Source of the DNA: Cladosporium halotolerans
Lineage: Eukaryota
Length of the DNA: 64,000 bases
NCBI RefSeq assembly: GCF_011745625.1
Contig: NW_027191457.1
Coordinates: forward strand, 744,001 to 808,000
Reading direction: 5' to 3'
Shown here: positions 36,474-49,193 of the stretch, in pieces
How the letters are laid out: every line of letters begins with the position of its first letter
How positions within the stretch are numbered: the first letter of the stretch is position 1
The notes under the pieces: generated by a model
Databases searched by the model: none
What the model was told of the DNA's origin: nothing
What the model saw: the letters and a program-made list of their open reading frames with translations, nothing else
Position numbers and translations under genes: made by a program

Positions 36474-37139
36474 ATGGCCCCTCAGAAGACCACACGCTCT
36501 TCTTCCCCCTCAGTACCTTCGCTCGGCGCAGCGCTCTTCTTCGCCACGCGCTCGAAATTAGCGCGATGGTCCTCTGCCGCCAATGACACCAATCCACCAG
36601 AGCCCGCTGAGAGCGCCGTCGACGACAGCGACACCGCTTCGATCTCCAAGGAGAGTGACTCCTCATCCGTAATCACCTGCATCATAACACCGAGCCCTGG
36701 GGCAACTGCTAGCAGCTCCTCCTCTATCTCAGCTGAAGACAACAAGCCCAAAGCCATCCTTCCAGGCGGCTTCATATGCCTCACTGCCGAGCCGCAACCA
36801 AGCAGCAGCGCATCAGCAGCTAGCACAGCAGAAGCAGAGAAAGAACGCTCCGAGATCAAATCCGAGCTCGCCGACAACAAGCAGCGCATCAACGAGCTGA
36901 CGAAGAGCTACGAAAAGCACCTCTCCCTAGACGCTGCCCACAAGCGCTCCGAGACCCGCGAGAAGCGCCAGCGCTCTCAGAAGCGTGTGGATAAGGAGCG
37001 TGCTTCGGCGGCTGTCCTCGCTGGCGTCGTGCCTTTTGCTCAGGAAGGCAGTAGCTGTTCCCCGGCGAAGGTGCGCGGGATGGCTAGGTCGCGTCCGAAG
37101 GTCCAGATGACGCCGGATAGCAACTACCCGAACTTTTAG
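36474..37139 (+). CDS. Hypothetical 221-aa Ser-rich/coiled-coil protein
   Basis: Good start context (caacATGg), coding-like codon use, short coiled coil EAEKERSEIKSELADNKQRINELTK. Confidence 0.55.
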   Translation: MAPQKTTRSSSPSVPSLGAALFFATRSKLARWSSAANDTNPPEPAESAVDDSDTASISKESDSSSVITCIITPSPGATASSSSSISAEDNKPKAILPGGFICLTAEPQPSSSASAASTAEAEKERSEIKSELADNKQRINELTKSYEKHLSLDAAHKRSETREKRQRSQKRVDKERASAAVLAGVVPFAQEGSSCSPAKVRGMARSRPKVQMTPDSNYPNF

Positions 37140-37427
37140 GGCATGACTGTGACTGCGGGTTGCAACGCAAGGCGTACGTGCGCGGCAGATTGATGCCGCA
37201 GGATCAGAAAACGAGAAAAAGTGCCGAAGATATGCGTGTCTTCCTCGAGATTCATCTGCTTTCAGTTTCGTCTGCTTTCCAGCTGAGATGCGGTCTCCTT
37301 CGTGTGTTTTCGCGGTATCATCCATGTCCAGCAGAAGTACTTCACAGATAGAAAATTGTTGAAACCAAGAACTTCTTCCCATCTTGAAGAGTTGTTTCCT
37401 TGTGACGTGCCATGCGTGAGATTCACA

Positions 37428-37973
37428 CTACGTCCGGCTCGAGCTTTCAAACCACTTTCTCACTGCCGTACCACCCTCGTGAGAAGACCTGAACAGAGCC
37501 CTTTCGGTTTCATCGAGCCCCTTCATCCAGTCGCCGCCCTCGCTGACCAAGTTCCTCGAATTGCTCGCCTTGTCGGCAATGTCGATGGACCGCTTCTTGA
37601 AAGTCTCAGTCAGGATCTCGACCAGTTCTTCCTCGTCGAACAGCTCCAGCATTCTTGCGCCGAGTCCATAGAAATGAGGAGCCTGCTCTCTAAGGCGGAC
37701 AGTTTTGGGGTCTGCTTTGAGCGCATTTACCACTCTTTTCGAAAGCGCATCCGGCAGGTCCATGGTGAGGAAAGTTGTGTCGCCGGCTATGCGATTCACT
37801 GCAAGCATTTCTCCGAGCCATAGTGGAAGTTCGAGCTTAGAGCCTTCTTTCACATCCTCGCCGACGTTGCCGCTCAAGTATCCGAGACCAGGCACAGAAA
37901 GCTCGAATGTGCAGGGAATCTTCTGAGAGTCTGTGAGGATGGCGTCCAAATCGTAGTAGCCGGACGTGGCCAT
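37428..37973 (-). CDS. PSF3: GINS complex subunit Psf3
   Basis: YYDLDAILTDSQKIPCTFEL.VPGLGYL, KLELPLWLGEMLA, NALKADPKTVRLR, GLDETERALFR. Confidence 0.95.
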   Translation of the reverse strand: MATSGYYDLDAILTDSQKIPCTFELSVPGLGYLSGNVGEDVKEGSKLELPLWLGEMLAVNRIAGDTTFLTMDLPDALSKRVVNALKADPKTVRLREQAPHFYGLGARMLELFDEEELVEILTETFKKRSIDIADKASNSRNLVSEGGDWMKGLDETERALFRSSHEGGTAVRKWFESSSRT

Positions 37974-38770
37974 ATCGGCAGCGCTTGACGTGTGCAGACG
38001 CGGTGTGAATGGTAAAGCGTGCTGGCCGTAACTGGTCGAGAGCTGTTCAATCCGATCAATTAGGGTATACGTCGCCTTTTTGAGACACGTGACCGAGAGC
38101 TTATGTCGCGGTATATGTAAGTCGACCAGGCAGGTGGATGGTGACGACTTCGAGCGGTGGCGCTGAGCTTGCGTGTGTGTGTTTGCCTGGATGCCGCATT
38201 CACTGATTAAGACGCGACGCCGCTCCGTTTCTACGTTGTACAGTTTCGCGTCTAGTCTTGACCGTATTCCGCGTTTACTGATCTGCTTCCTTCACTGTCG
38301 ATCTCGCGTTCACGAGTTTCTTGAGACGCGCCCCGCGTGTGCAGGTCTCGCGAATTCGGCCTCAGGTTCGTCCCACCACCACCCGTGCCTCGACTTCCTT
38401 CCCGGCGCGCTTGAAGCCGTCCAAGCTCAAGCTCAGCGTCATCTCCAGGACGCGCCAAGCCGAGTCTACGGTCGACAACCTCGCTGGTCGTACAGAATCA
38501 CCACCACAGCCGCATCTATAAACATCCAGCACGCCAGCGCAGGGGCTCCACGGCTATCTGCAGCGAAAGCCCACCTACATAATCTTCTCCCGAGCCGCCG
38601 GGCGTCCGCAACTCCGCCCCATCGCCTCAGCGCTCTCCGAGTTCCGTAAGCTTCGAAGCACCACGAGGTCGTGTGCACCATCCTCGCGTGAGGCCCAGAG
38701 GCTCACCCGCCTTGTTCACGGCAGCACATAACAGTGCTTCCGCACGCCGGAGCGCTGCAGCCCAACGAAC

Positions 38771-41700
38771 ATGAACGGCCACCTCACTGCAGACCATGAG
38801 TCTCGGGCGACATCACCAGGAGGCAGCCGTACGACGAACAGCGACGATGGCGATGCCGCGATCGCTCGCCTCGGCCGCACCAGGCCTCGCATCTTCCCAT
38901 ACACAAGATACATGCCCTACGAGACCGAGTCACGGGAAAAACGGGAGCAAGATTTGGATGAGATGATCAAACACCTGTATATCAGTGTAGCCTCGGGCAA
39001 CTTCGTTCCAGGCGCTGTACATTGGACAAGAGAAATAAGGGGCTGGATGTCGCTCAAGTTCGACCTCACGCGTCAGCAGAGAATATCGTTGGTCAAGCTA
39101 TACTACGAGCTGGCACTTGCTCCCGGCCTCGACTACTCCGTGGCCGAGCGCTTCGCCAGCATGTTCATGGTGCTCACTAAGCGCAAGCACTACCTTCGCC
39201 CAGGGAAAGACTTGACTTTGGATTGGCGGCCTCTCTATAAGGAGTTGAAGGTCTTCGTTCTACCATCGGAAAGCCCCACTCAAAATACCTACAGCTCCAA
39301 GCGAAACATCAGAACATTGACGAAGCTTTGTACATTTGCACAGCTATTCTTCGACCCGAAGGAGGTCCCGGCCATGCTTGAGGAATTTTTGCCGTACTTC
39401 AGCATGAGCTTCTCCGAGCACGCTTTTGTGACGACAGGATTGCTCAATCTGTTTCTTCCAACTACAGCTCCGCCCGAAGACGACGAAAGACTTCAGCCTC
39501 AATACTACTTGCCGACACTTTTCCACCTGTGGTCGATGGTCAACCGCTCTATGATGCTGGACATCCGGATGTTGGACATCTTTTCGAGGCAAGCAAGAGA
39601 TTGTCTGAGTGCAGAACATCTAGAGTTTGGGTCATGCGGTCTCTTCACCGAAGAGCAGACCTCGACCATCTTCACAGCAATCCTCAGGCTTCTGGAAATT
39701 CCCGTGGGTCAAGCCACCACTCCCTATTCCGCTACCGTCGATGTAGGAGCTGGGCAAGCGATCTTGTTAGATCGTGATCCCCGCAAACATCCGAGCTCAC
39801 ACAGCATTGCGCGATGGATCATCATGTCACTTTCCGACAAATGTCTTCATGACCCTAAAAAGAACTCCGTTTTCCACCAGTTAGAGGGCCTCATCCAAGC
39901 GATCGAGACATTCTTCCATCCCTCGAACTCTGGAAACTGGACGAAGCCAATTTCTCAGCTGGTGTATTTCCTGGCAGACTTCTTCGTCATGCGCTGGAAC
40001 CGCGAGCAAAGCGGCGAATATGAGCTGCCAGAGGATCGAAAACTCTCCCCAGCACTCCGTTACCGTTTTGTCCTTTGTCTGAGAGACGTGACCTTCATGG
40101 GCATCTACGCCAAGAGCGGTACGGCGATGAACTACAGTCTTAGCACGTTGCAGTCCCTTGCCTACCTCGAGCCCAACTTGATCTTACCGGGAGCGCTTCA
40201 GCGCATCTATCCCGCTATGCAGGGGTTGGTAGAAGTCCACCGTACCATCTCATCCATCCGCGCCTTGCAGATGTTGTCGAAAATCATCGCACGTACCAAG
40301 GGTTTCAGATGCCATCTGACCACCTTATTGGGCTTAGCTCTTCCAGGAATCGATGCCAATGATCTTGACAAGACCATGCACACGCTCGCTTTCGTACAAG
40401 CCGTGTGTTACAACATTCCATTACATGACCTGACTAAGGAGCCCAAGCGAAACCAGGCCAATGGCCACTCTGAAGACGATGTCGATGTCAGCCTTGATCA
40501 CGATCCTACAATGGGCACAGCACTCGCAGTGAACTGGATCACTGCGCAGGTAGGTCGCCTAGAGCAGGAGGGCCCTCTGGTTGAGATGGACTACGAAACC
40601 GAGCTATCCGACGAAGACGAGGAAGCTATCCTGAAGTCATCAACTGCTGGTTTTGCAGAATTCGTTATCTCCTTCATCGGAAAGGTGTTCACGCTACTTC
40701 AGAACCTTCCTGATGCCGCACGTGTCAAGAGTGGTTCGCCTGAAGAGAATGTCGTCAACACACTGCCCGCAACTTTCTCCCCGCTACTTGCTGCATTGAG
40801 CCCAGAACTCTTCGACATCGCCCTTCAACAAGTGGCAAAGTTCGTGACCAACCATGTCGTTCACCAGGCCCGGGATGCAATGGCATTCATCTGCAATACA
40901 GTGGTGAAGATATCACCGAAGAAGGCATTGTCGCGCCTGCTTCCAGACATCATCTCTTCAATCAAGACTGAGATCACAGAGAACGGTGCAGGTTCTTCGA
41001 GGACCACTGGCTCTGAGATCCTGCCAAGAGACAGAGCACTAGTATGGCACGTATCCTTGCTTAGCATGTGCGTCGTACACGTCGGAGAGGATGTCCTTGA
41101 CTACGAAAGCGAACTTTTCGACATTGCTAGTTTCATGCAAGACAACTGCAAAGGCATTCCCTTGGTGCATGTCTCGAACTTTATTCATCATCTTTTGCTC
41201 AACTTGACGGTCACTTACACGATGGACTACGCTTTGTACAACCCGAAGGAGCTCGAGCGTGGCCTCACGAGTAAGGACTGGGGCAAGATTGTCGACCCCT
41301 CTGACATTGACATTCAGTGGCACGTGCCCAACCAGAGGGAGCTGTCTTTTGCCGTGCGACTTTTTGAATCCCAAGGCGGCCGCGCAATCAAAGCGCTTGA
41401 TGATCTGACAGCGGATGCCAGCCCTGTGAAGCGTGACGGTGTCGGGAAAGATTGGTCTGACGAGGTGTCGAGGAATTTGGTTTTGCTCCGATTGGTAATA
41501 TCCGGCATGTCTCGCCTTTTCCGCTCTGATGATGGCTCCATCACTCCTTACACATTCAACGACAACACGTCAGCAGAGGCCATGGAGGTCGACTCGCATG
41601 CTAATGACAATTCTGTCGATTTCTCGGACCCCGACGAGGAAAGTCTTAAGCGCACATTCCAGTATCCAACTGGATACCCTCTAGAGGTCGGCAGCCCTGA

Positions 41701-44700
41701 GTACGAGGCAGTGCACAAGCTCCGCAAGACCAGCGGAGAGACCTTGCACCGCGTCCACGAATTCCTCGTGAAGAACCAAGAGGACGACGTACCGTGCTTC
41801 AATGCTTTGTACACCGCATACAAGACCTGGTTCATCGATATTGGAATTGAGCGTTCAGCGCACGTTCTCGACAGACTCACCCGTCTGCTGGCCGCTGACA
41901 TTCACTCATTCAAGTTCTCCGGAACTCGCAAGGAGTACCCGCGCCCTTTGCTAGTGCGCAGGGCCAATTTGTACCACTTCCAACGTCTCCGGTTCAACGA
42001 GCACCCGCGTGCTGCCTCGGACCTGGACAAGACATTGCTTCTGGATCTTGCCACAAGCTCGACGAGTATCTACACAGACATCCGTCGGACCGCGCAATCA
42101 GCCGGCGAACAGGCGGTGAAGAGCATCATTGGTGCTAAGCCTCTTATCATTCCGCCTCTTCTCGACGCTTTGGAGACTGCGCTGGACGAGAACGATCATC
42201 CTAGAATGAAAGGTGCAATGTTCAGTCTCCTCTTCGGTAGCTTGGCCAAGCCGATCGGGCGCAACTGGCACTTCGCACCGCGCATGATCAAGTTGTTTAT
42301 CAGAGTGTCGGAGGGCGACAGACCTAGCATTCAGAAGCTTGTCGCTTCTTCAAGCTTCACAATTCAGGACATGACGAAGGCGATTGACAGGATGGTCATC
42401 CTCGATGAGAACACTCTCAACAACATTTGGCCAGATGGTAGCGACGAAATGCCGACCGAATATCCCCGCACGATTGCTGTGACCATGGAAGATGGAAAGG
42501 CGCTCGTGCCGCCAAAGAAGTTGAAGATCCAGAAACGCCGCGCCGTGATCGAGCAAAAGAAGAAGGATCTGGCCGAGGAGCTCATCGAGTCCATCAAGCA
42601 TAGTCACTGGAAGAAAGCTAGCCGCACTGCTTCCCTGGTCATTGGCCTGGACTATCGGTTTGAGACCATTTCCACCGAAGGCATGCTTGAACTGGTGGTC
42701 AAGGGCGCCATAGATCCTCACCCCCAGCTGCGAGCTCTTTATGCTCATGCACTTATTGCCATTCATAATCTCGCGCAGACCCGCGCACTGGTGGGTCACA
42801 AGTACGAGAACTACCTGCTTGACGCGCAGAACGATCCTGACGAGTTGACGCTGCCTACCCGTCGCGAAGACGATCGATGGACGCAGGAGTTCCTTGGAGC
42901 ATTCGCACGGCCTACTGCTGAGGCGTACGTGGATGTCGACTACCCCGGATGGCTAGTCTGGCAGAAGCAGATGCGTGGCTACCGTGTCGGCCAAACCAAG
43001 CTGCAGTTTGACGATGTCGAGAAGGGCGTCAGGAAGCAGATGGGCAGCTACATTGACAGGCACTGGCTATCTACCTACTTCGGATACATGAAGCAGGAAC
43101 CTCGCGATCAAATCGCTGATCGGTTCCGCATGTCGAGCTCCATGATCGTCGCCTATGTTCTGGATCTCATGTCGGAGGGACTTACGGTGGCCACATGGGA
43201 TGACTTCAAAGATCTTACTCAGGCCGTCTACGGAGATGGCAGTGACAAGCATCAGCATCGTGCTATGGCGGAGATCTGCGGTGCGCTTATTCAAAGCGCT
43301 GAGGATTTCGAGACCGGCATGCGTCAAAAGGTCTGGGAGTTCGTGTTCCCGATTGTCCGCCGTATCTTCTCGGACGGCATGACACCGGAGAACACCTCTT
43401 ACTGGCTGACTTTTGTGACTTTGATCGTCGGCGGCAAAGACCCTCGCCGTGCTTGGCCGTTGGTGGACTGGCTCGCGAGCTTCAGGCTGGACATGGGCAC
43501 GAATGCTGCCTTCAAGGAAAGCTCGAAGATTACGCTGCTGCAGACCGTCATTAACGCCGTCGGTTGGCACTTCCAGCTGGAGCGTGGCGTGCTCGACGAC
43601 TTCCTCGAGCACATCGATCATCCGTACAAGGGTGTGCGTGAAGTCGTGGGCACCTCGCTTGCGACCATTTTCCGTACACGGTACCATGAGAGCTACAAGG
43701 ATATTCCGACCCTCCTTGAGGCTCAGAAGAATGCATCTAGCGTTGGTACACGGCCGTATCAGCCGACCGAGGAGTTTTCTGGCATTGTACGAAACGTCTT
43801 CGATCGCCTCGAGAAATGGCGTCTCGAGCGTCCTGCCGGAATTCAGACTCCTACGCCTTACACTCAAGCCAGCAAGACCACCCTGCTCTGGCTTGACACT
43901 CAGCTCGCTTCCTACGAATGTACTATGCTTGTTCCCTTCTTCCCTGATGGCTTCATGCAGCAACTCCTGCACATGATGGACATCAAGGAAGATCCGGAGC
44001 TGCAATCTCTCGCTTACCACGTGTTCCGTCACCTGCCAAACATCCCTCATAGGCCTGGCGAGGACGAGGCTTTCGTCAGCTCGCTCATTAAGATTGGTAC
44101 AACCAGCACTTCATGGCACCAGCGCCTCAGAGTCCTCATCAACATGCAGGTCATCTACTTCAGGCACCTCTTCCTCATGCCTATCTCACAGGCAAAGGAC
44201 CTCTTCGTCTGCGTCAGAGGCATGCTGCACGACCCTCAGCTCGAGGTTCGCCTCGGCGCCGCTGCGACTCTGAGCGGCATGGTCAGATGCTCGCCCATCG
44301 AGCTCCGCACAGCCCAGGTCTCTGAATTGAAGGCACACTTCACCAATCTGCTGGTCAAGAACCCCTTGCCCAAGAAACCCAAGAACCGCGAGGGCCTGAC
44401 GAGCGGCACTTCTACGCCGACTCAAGAGCAGAACCGCCTTGTGCTTACACGCCACGCTGCTGTGCTGGGTCTCGGTGCGCTGGTCCAGGCTTTCCCCTAC
44501 CAGAGTCCTCCGCCGGAGTGGCTGCCTGAGGTGCTCGCGACGCTGGCGGGCAAGGCTGCGAGCGATCCTGGTATGGTGGGTAAGAGCGTGAAGACTGCGC
44601 TGAGCGACTTCAAGAAGACGAGGCAGGACACTTGGCATGTGGATGTTAAGGTAAGCACTGACCCTTCCACGCCAATATTCGTTCAGATCGAGGACATTGC

Positions 44701-44784
44701 TAACTGGATCTTTTTCTTTAGGCATTCAAACCAGAGCAGCTCGAGGATCTGGAAGGCGTGCTGTGGAAGAGCTACTTCGCTTAA
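38771..44784 (+). CDS. BLM10: Proteasome activator Blm10/PA200; exons 38771-44650, 44722-44784
   Basis: ~1980-aa HEAT-like protein with ETFFHPSNSGNW, LPGIDANDLDKT, RHAAVLGLGALVQAFPY, DFKKTRQDTW; terminal intron (GTAAGC..GCTAAC..TAG) gives ...EDLEGVLWKSYFA*. Confidence 0.96.
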
Positions 44785-45116
44785 GCTCATGTGCGACAGG
44801 ACCTGCATTCGTTGAGATCGCTTAGCAAGAGATACAGCGCTTCCATACGCATGGAACCATCGGCTTACACATGGAGCTCTCAGGCTGATACACGGGAGCC
44901 TTGAGATTTCGGTATCGATCATGCATTCTTTGGAGCGGCATTTGCGGAACGCGGCGTTGGGTTTTGCATCGGGCACGAAAAGAGATACCTTGTACGAAAA
45001 TTACCATTGAGTATAATGAATAAAATGTAAAAAATTTCGGGAAAGAATTGTTCGGCGTGCGCTCGAGTGGTGACATTTCCTGGACTCTCGAGCAACAATA
45101 GGAGGTCTCCAGGTTT

Positions 45117-46646
45117 CTACAACTTCTCTCTCTTCGGCTGCTGCACAACAGTTACCGCCGCCCCATCATCCGACGACGCCTTCCGACTGTCGCTCGCATC
45201 CAGCTCAGCCTCAGCCTTCCCATCAGCGTCCGCCGCCTCAATCGGTTGATGTTCATGCTGCGCCAACCATGTCGGAAACGCGCTCAGCACCAGCAACACC
45301 GTCGTGACGCCCAGAGGCACCCTGCCGCCCTTCCACCTCTGCGTATTAAGCCCGAACGCAACCGCCTGCCCGAAGCTCTCCTGTCCATGCAGGATGCCAC
45401 AGAAGCGCGTCAGCTCCGACATGTTGTCAGTCGACGTCGAGAGCAGGTAGTACAGCCAGTTCTGCAGCGCTTGCCGCGCGAAGTCCCACAGTAGAAGCAC
45501 GAAGAAGCCTTCAACGAAGCCGCTGTCTGTCCAGTCGAAGATGGGGTTGGTGCGGGTGTATTTTTCTTGTGTTACCCACTGGCGGGAGGTGTTAGTTTGT
45601 GTGGTTCGATGGTTTGGGGGATTTGGGGAAGTACTTACGCCGTAGACCCAGGCGACTACGTGCAGGACGACCACGTACCAGAAGCCGTAGGATATGCGCT
45701 CCTTGACCGAAAAGCGCTTGTTGTCTAGCCAGGTGCTGATGATCTGCGAGGACAGTAGGGTACCGAAGTTGCTCACGAAGCCGATCAGAGCGCGAGCGCG
45801 GACGCCGAAGTATGCCGCCTGGAAATTGTTGGAGTATTGGTTGAAATAGGCCGTCCAGAAGATCGGAAGCAGCAAGAGGACATTCCTCTGCATGCTGGCT
45901 TTTCCGAGCGCAACGAATTCGGCTTTGAAGTTCTTCTCGGCGCGCACAATGACTTTACTGCCGTCTCCACGCTGGACCTTCTCTGGTGGACTTAAGGCGA
46001 GTGCAATGGGGACGGAGAGGCACTGCAGAGCGATAAAGACAAGGTAGGTCTGGTACCCTACTGCACCCTTGCCGGCTTTGTCTGGAGAACTGTTCAAGGC
46101 GAGCACGATTGCTCCACCCACCAGCGGCCCACCGGTCCTGAACCAAAGCCAGATGTTCATGTACCTTCCACGCTTCGAAGGCTCGGGGTATCCAAGCGCG
46201 ATCGCACCCTCACTGGCCCAGAACAGACCGGCAGAAATACCACAGCAAGCCGCGCCAACGAGAACGAACCAGACGTTGCCGAAGCGGTTGTTGCAGTACA
46301 GTCCGGCTGAATAGATTGGATAGCCGACGGCTCCCAAGACCAAAGTCCAAGCCAGGCCAATCCGGTTGGCAATCGGGGCTCCGAACAGGCAGAGGAAGCC
46401 CATGAGTGCAAATACCAGTGCGTTTGCGGCGTTGACGAGATACGGTTCGCGTGCTCCTCCGGCCCCTAGAGCGTTCATGGCGTTCCACAGGCCTGGTGCC
46501 ATGAAGCCTACGATTCCGATGACGAATGCATTGAACAGTGTTGTTCGATACCAGGTGCGGTGGCTACGAGGAGCCGGTTCCGTCGAAGGCAACGCATCTT
46601 GGGTTTGGAGCTTCGGATTTTTGTCTGCTGGCACTATCTCTGGCAT
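45117..46646 (-). CDS. UNC-93-like (DUF895) MFS transporter; exons 46646-45639, 45578-45117
   Basis: FMAPGLWNAMNALGAGG, GISAGLFWASEGAIALGYPE, LSPPEKVQRGDGS; in-frame 60-nt intron 45638-45579 (GTAAGT..ACTAAC..CAG). Confidence 0.88.
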   Translation of the reverse strand: MPEIVPADKNPKLQTQDALPSTEPAPRSHRTWYRTTLFNAFVIGIVGFMAPGLWNAMNALGAGGAREPYLVNAANALVFALMGFLCLFGAPIANRIGLAWTLVLGAVGYPIYSAGLYCNNRFGNVWFVLVGAACCGISAGLFWASEGAIALGYPEPSKRGRYMNIWLWFRTGGPLVGGAIVLALNSSPDKAGKGAVGYQTYLVFIALQCLSVPIALALSPPEKVQRGDGSKVIVRAEKNFKAEFVALGKASMQRNVLLLLPIFWTAYFNQYSNNFQAAYFGVRARALIGFVSNFGTLLSSQIISTWLDNKRFSVKERISYGFWYVVVLHVVAWVYGVSTSPNPPNHRTTQTNTSRQWVTQEKYTRTNPIFDWTDSGFVEGFFVLLLWDFARQALQNWLYYLLSTSTDNMSELTRFCGILHGQESFGQAVAFGLNTQRWKGGRVPLGVTTVLLVLSAFPTWLAQHEHQPIEAADADGKAEAELDASDSRKASSDDGAAVTVVQQPKREKL

Positions 46647-47796
46647 TTTGGAGGGATGTCGAGGGTTCGGAGCGAAGACGAGGATTCACAAGGACGCGAA
46701 AACACAGGAGATGATAACATTATATACTTACGCTTCAACCTCGCGATGTAACCCCTACATGGCGAAATATTAGGATTCATTGGAACCAACATTAAATTCT
46801 TGTGACTACCAGGCCAGAAGAGGAGAAGGCAGCTTGCGTGCTCGCGACGACGTGGGTCTTCATAGTTGAAACGGGTCTGCTCAAGCATATCGACTGGCTC
46901 GGCTAGGACACACAGGGCAGGTAGGTGCGCCACCAAGCGTTTTGGGCGGAGACGATATATCACGACAGCAGAGGGTGAGTCTCGGCTTCGGTCTCTGAGC
47001 AATGCTTGCTGCGGTTAAGTGAGGATGGTCAGTGGTCGGAAGCTACGTCGGCAAGACCAGAAAATGCACGGGCCGCGAGATCTGAGCTACGCCAAATGCC
47101 TGAAGTACCACCATCTTCTAAAGTGTATTGTCTAATGGAGACGTGACGATCAGAGGACGGATTGACGCACTGCAGCATGTATATCGTTGGACTGGAAGTC
47201 GGCGAGTGGTTTGCTATGCATTTGTGGATCACTGTGGTAAGTCCCGGAGCCGACTACCCCAACCCTAACCCTCCCTACACCAAGGTAATAGCACGCACTT
47301 CCCACGAAAGAGCAGGTGTGTCAGTACGAAGGTATTTACAGTATCTCTCTCGAGCCAGTATTAACACATGCATGATCATATAATTTCAGACTGCTCGCGT
47401 TACTCGTGATACCAATTTGCAATCGTTTGGTTGACAGCCGAGCTGAACACCTACAATCGATTTATTCAACCCAATGAGAGAGCCCCAACTCGCAAAGTCG
47501 CAGAGCCACTTTAAATCCGGCCTTTCATATCCAGCTCTTCCCTCTTTTTTACCGTAACCGAGGCACATAGTCTCACAGGCAACATCAAGGTCAGAATCCG
47601 CAACGATTGTCACAATACCTTTCGAGGATGGCTGAACAGCGCAGGTCCGAGGACCGCAGATGCCAGGTTCTAATACAACTAGTTCACGAAGTGGGTATAT
47701 AACAGAAGCGCCTCCATTCGATTACCTTAGAGCCGCCCTCAATATAGACTATACAGCCTGTCCCGGGATTACAGCCACTACCAACCCCCTGTCAAT

Positions 47797-48876
47797 CTAA
47801 AACCCGTACTTGCTTCCGCCCTCGCCGCGGTTTCTCCTTCCTTCGGCCCATTTGTCTTCCAGAGCATCTGTCTGGCTCTTGACATTATTGACAAGCTGCT
47901 GCAGGCTGTGTTTTCCTGGAGCGATAGCTTTGACCTGCCTGTGTTCGAAAGTCTCTCCTGCAGCAGCCATTTCTTGATTCGACCGATACTCGGCATCCAT
48001 ATTGAAGTGGGCGATGTTATCTGCATTTGCACCCTTGCGACCAAATAGCTGCCGCCGTTGAGCAGGAGTAAGATCTAAGTCGGCGGCGATATCTGAGAGT
48101 TTGTTTGGGTTGGAGGTCGCTGCAGCCGGCCCGGCTTGGTGGACGTCAGATTCCTCCTGCACGGTGGAAGTGGACACAGATTTGGCAAATTCGGGTGTGT
48201 AGCCAGCACTCGAATTTTCAACAGGTGCTGTGTCTTCACCACCGAAGGAGAAGAGGGAAGCCTTCGGTTTTGGTTTGGGCGGTTCCTCTGCCGGTGGCTG
48301 GGTATTTGCCCGTGCAAGGGTTTGTTGTTTATTACCACTGGGAATGGCGTCTTGCTTGTCCACGACCGGCACCTTCGGTCTCGGCTTTTTCTTCCTTGCG
48401 TTCGCGACACTGAGGGGCATGAACCTCGTCGGCCTTCCTACAATCTTAGGCTCCTCCTCTTTCTTCTCTTCTGCGACCGGCAACGCATCTCCTCCAGCAC
48501 CGTTCGTTGTGTTGCTCTCTTCACTCACTCCATAATCGGGGAGTACTGGCACGGGCGTGCGACTGAACGCAGCTTCCGAGCTTGTTTTCAGACTGACACC
48601 AGGTTTCGGCGCGTTCTGTCCAGACCTTTTGGGCGCAGGGAGCAAGCTGTTGAAACCACTGAAAGCCCCAGCCGTCCTTGCGCGTTTTGCCACAGGCTCT
48701 TGTGTGGATTCTTGTCCGGGCTCAGGTCGTATTTGGGGTAGCTCTACTTTGATCTTTTTGCTTTCTGTCCGGTTGATGAGCTTCGGTTTGGTGGGCAGGA
48801 CAGCCTTCTGAGCCGGGGCTGCAGGCGGCGCTTCGGTATCTGAACCCTCGCTATCGGAGTAGTTGACGAGAGCCAT
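47797..48876 (-). CDS. PRCC-family protein (mitotic checkpoint regulator, MAD2B-interacting; spliceosome associated)
   Basis: N-terminal MALVNYSDSE, SLLPAPK, C-terminal KHSLQQLVN...LEDKWAEGRRNR...SKYGF. Confidence 0.85.
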   Translation of the reverse strand: MALVNYSDSEGSDTEAPPAAPAQKAVLPTKPKLINRTESKKIKVELPQIRPEPGQESTQEPVAKRARTAGAFSGFNSLLPAPKRSGQNAPKPGVSLKTSSEAAFSRTPVPVLPDYGVSEESNTTNGAGGDALPVAEEKKEEEPKIVGRPTRFMPLSVANARKKKPRPKVPVVDKQDAIPSGNKQQTLARANTQPPAEEPPKPKPKASLFSFGGEDTAPVENSSAGYTPEFAKSVSTSTVQEESDVHQAGPAAATSNPNKLSDIAADLDLTPAQRRQLFGRKGANADNIAHFNMDAEYRSNQEMAAAGETFEHRQVKAIAPGKHSLQQLVNNVKSQTDALEDKWAEGRRNRGEGGSKYGF

Positions 48877-49193
48877 GGCGTTGGTATGTGGTCTATTCAA
48901 GTGGATTGCTGAGCTATTGCTGGGGATGTAATTGGAGCGCAAAGTGACGTCGTGAACTCGCCGCGGCTCATGACTCGCGCCCAAACATTAACCTTCACCT
49001 TGCTTGGCTCTCGAGCGTTGCGTTCCTTCTCCACTACAACCCCACATTCTCCAGGGTCTACTCTTGCTTGGTTCATGCTGCGACCTTACTCCCACCTCCG
49101 TCGATCAAGAACGTAGCATGTGACTGTCGGCCCTGCTGCCAGTCCATCTGGCATCTAGCTCGTACTCGCGCCTCACAAGACGATCTCTGCAAC

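Noticed and set aside
44722..44784. Blm10 C-terminus YFA instead of yeast YYA
   Set aside because: Conservative change that I recall as usual for filamentous fungal orthologues; not novel
47261..47272. AACCCTAACCCT as a telomerase RNA template
   Set aside because: Only ~520 nt remain before the convergent PRCC-like gene, far shorter than the long telomerase RNAs of filamentous ascomycetes
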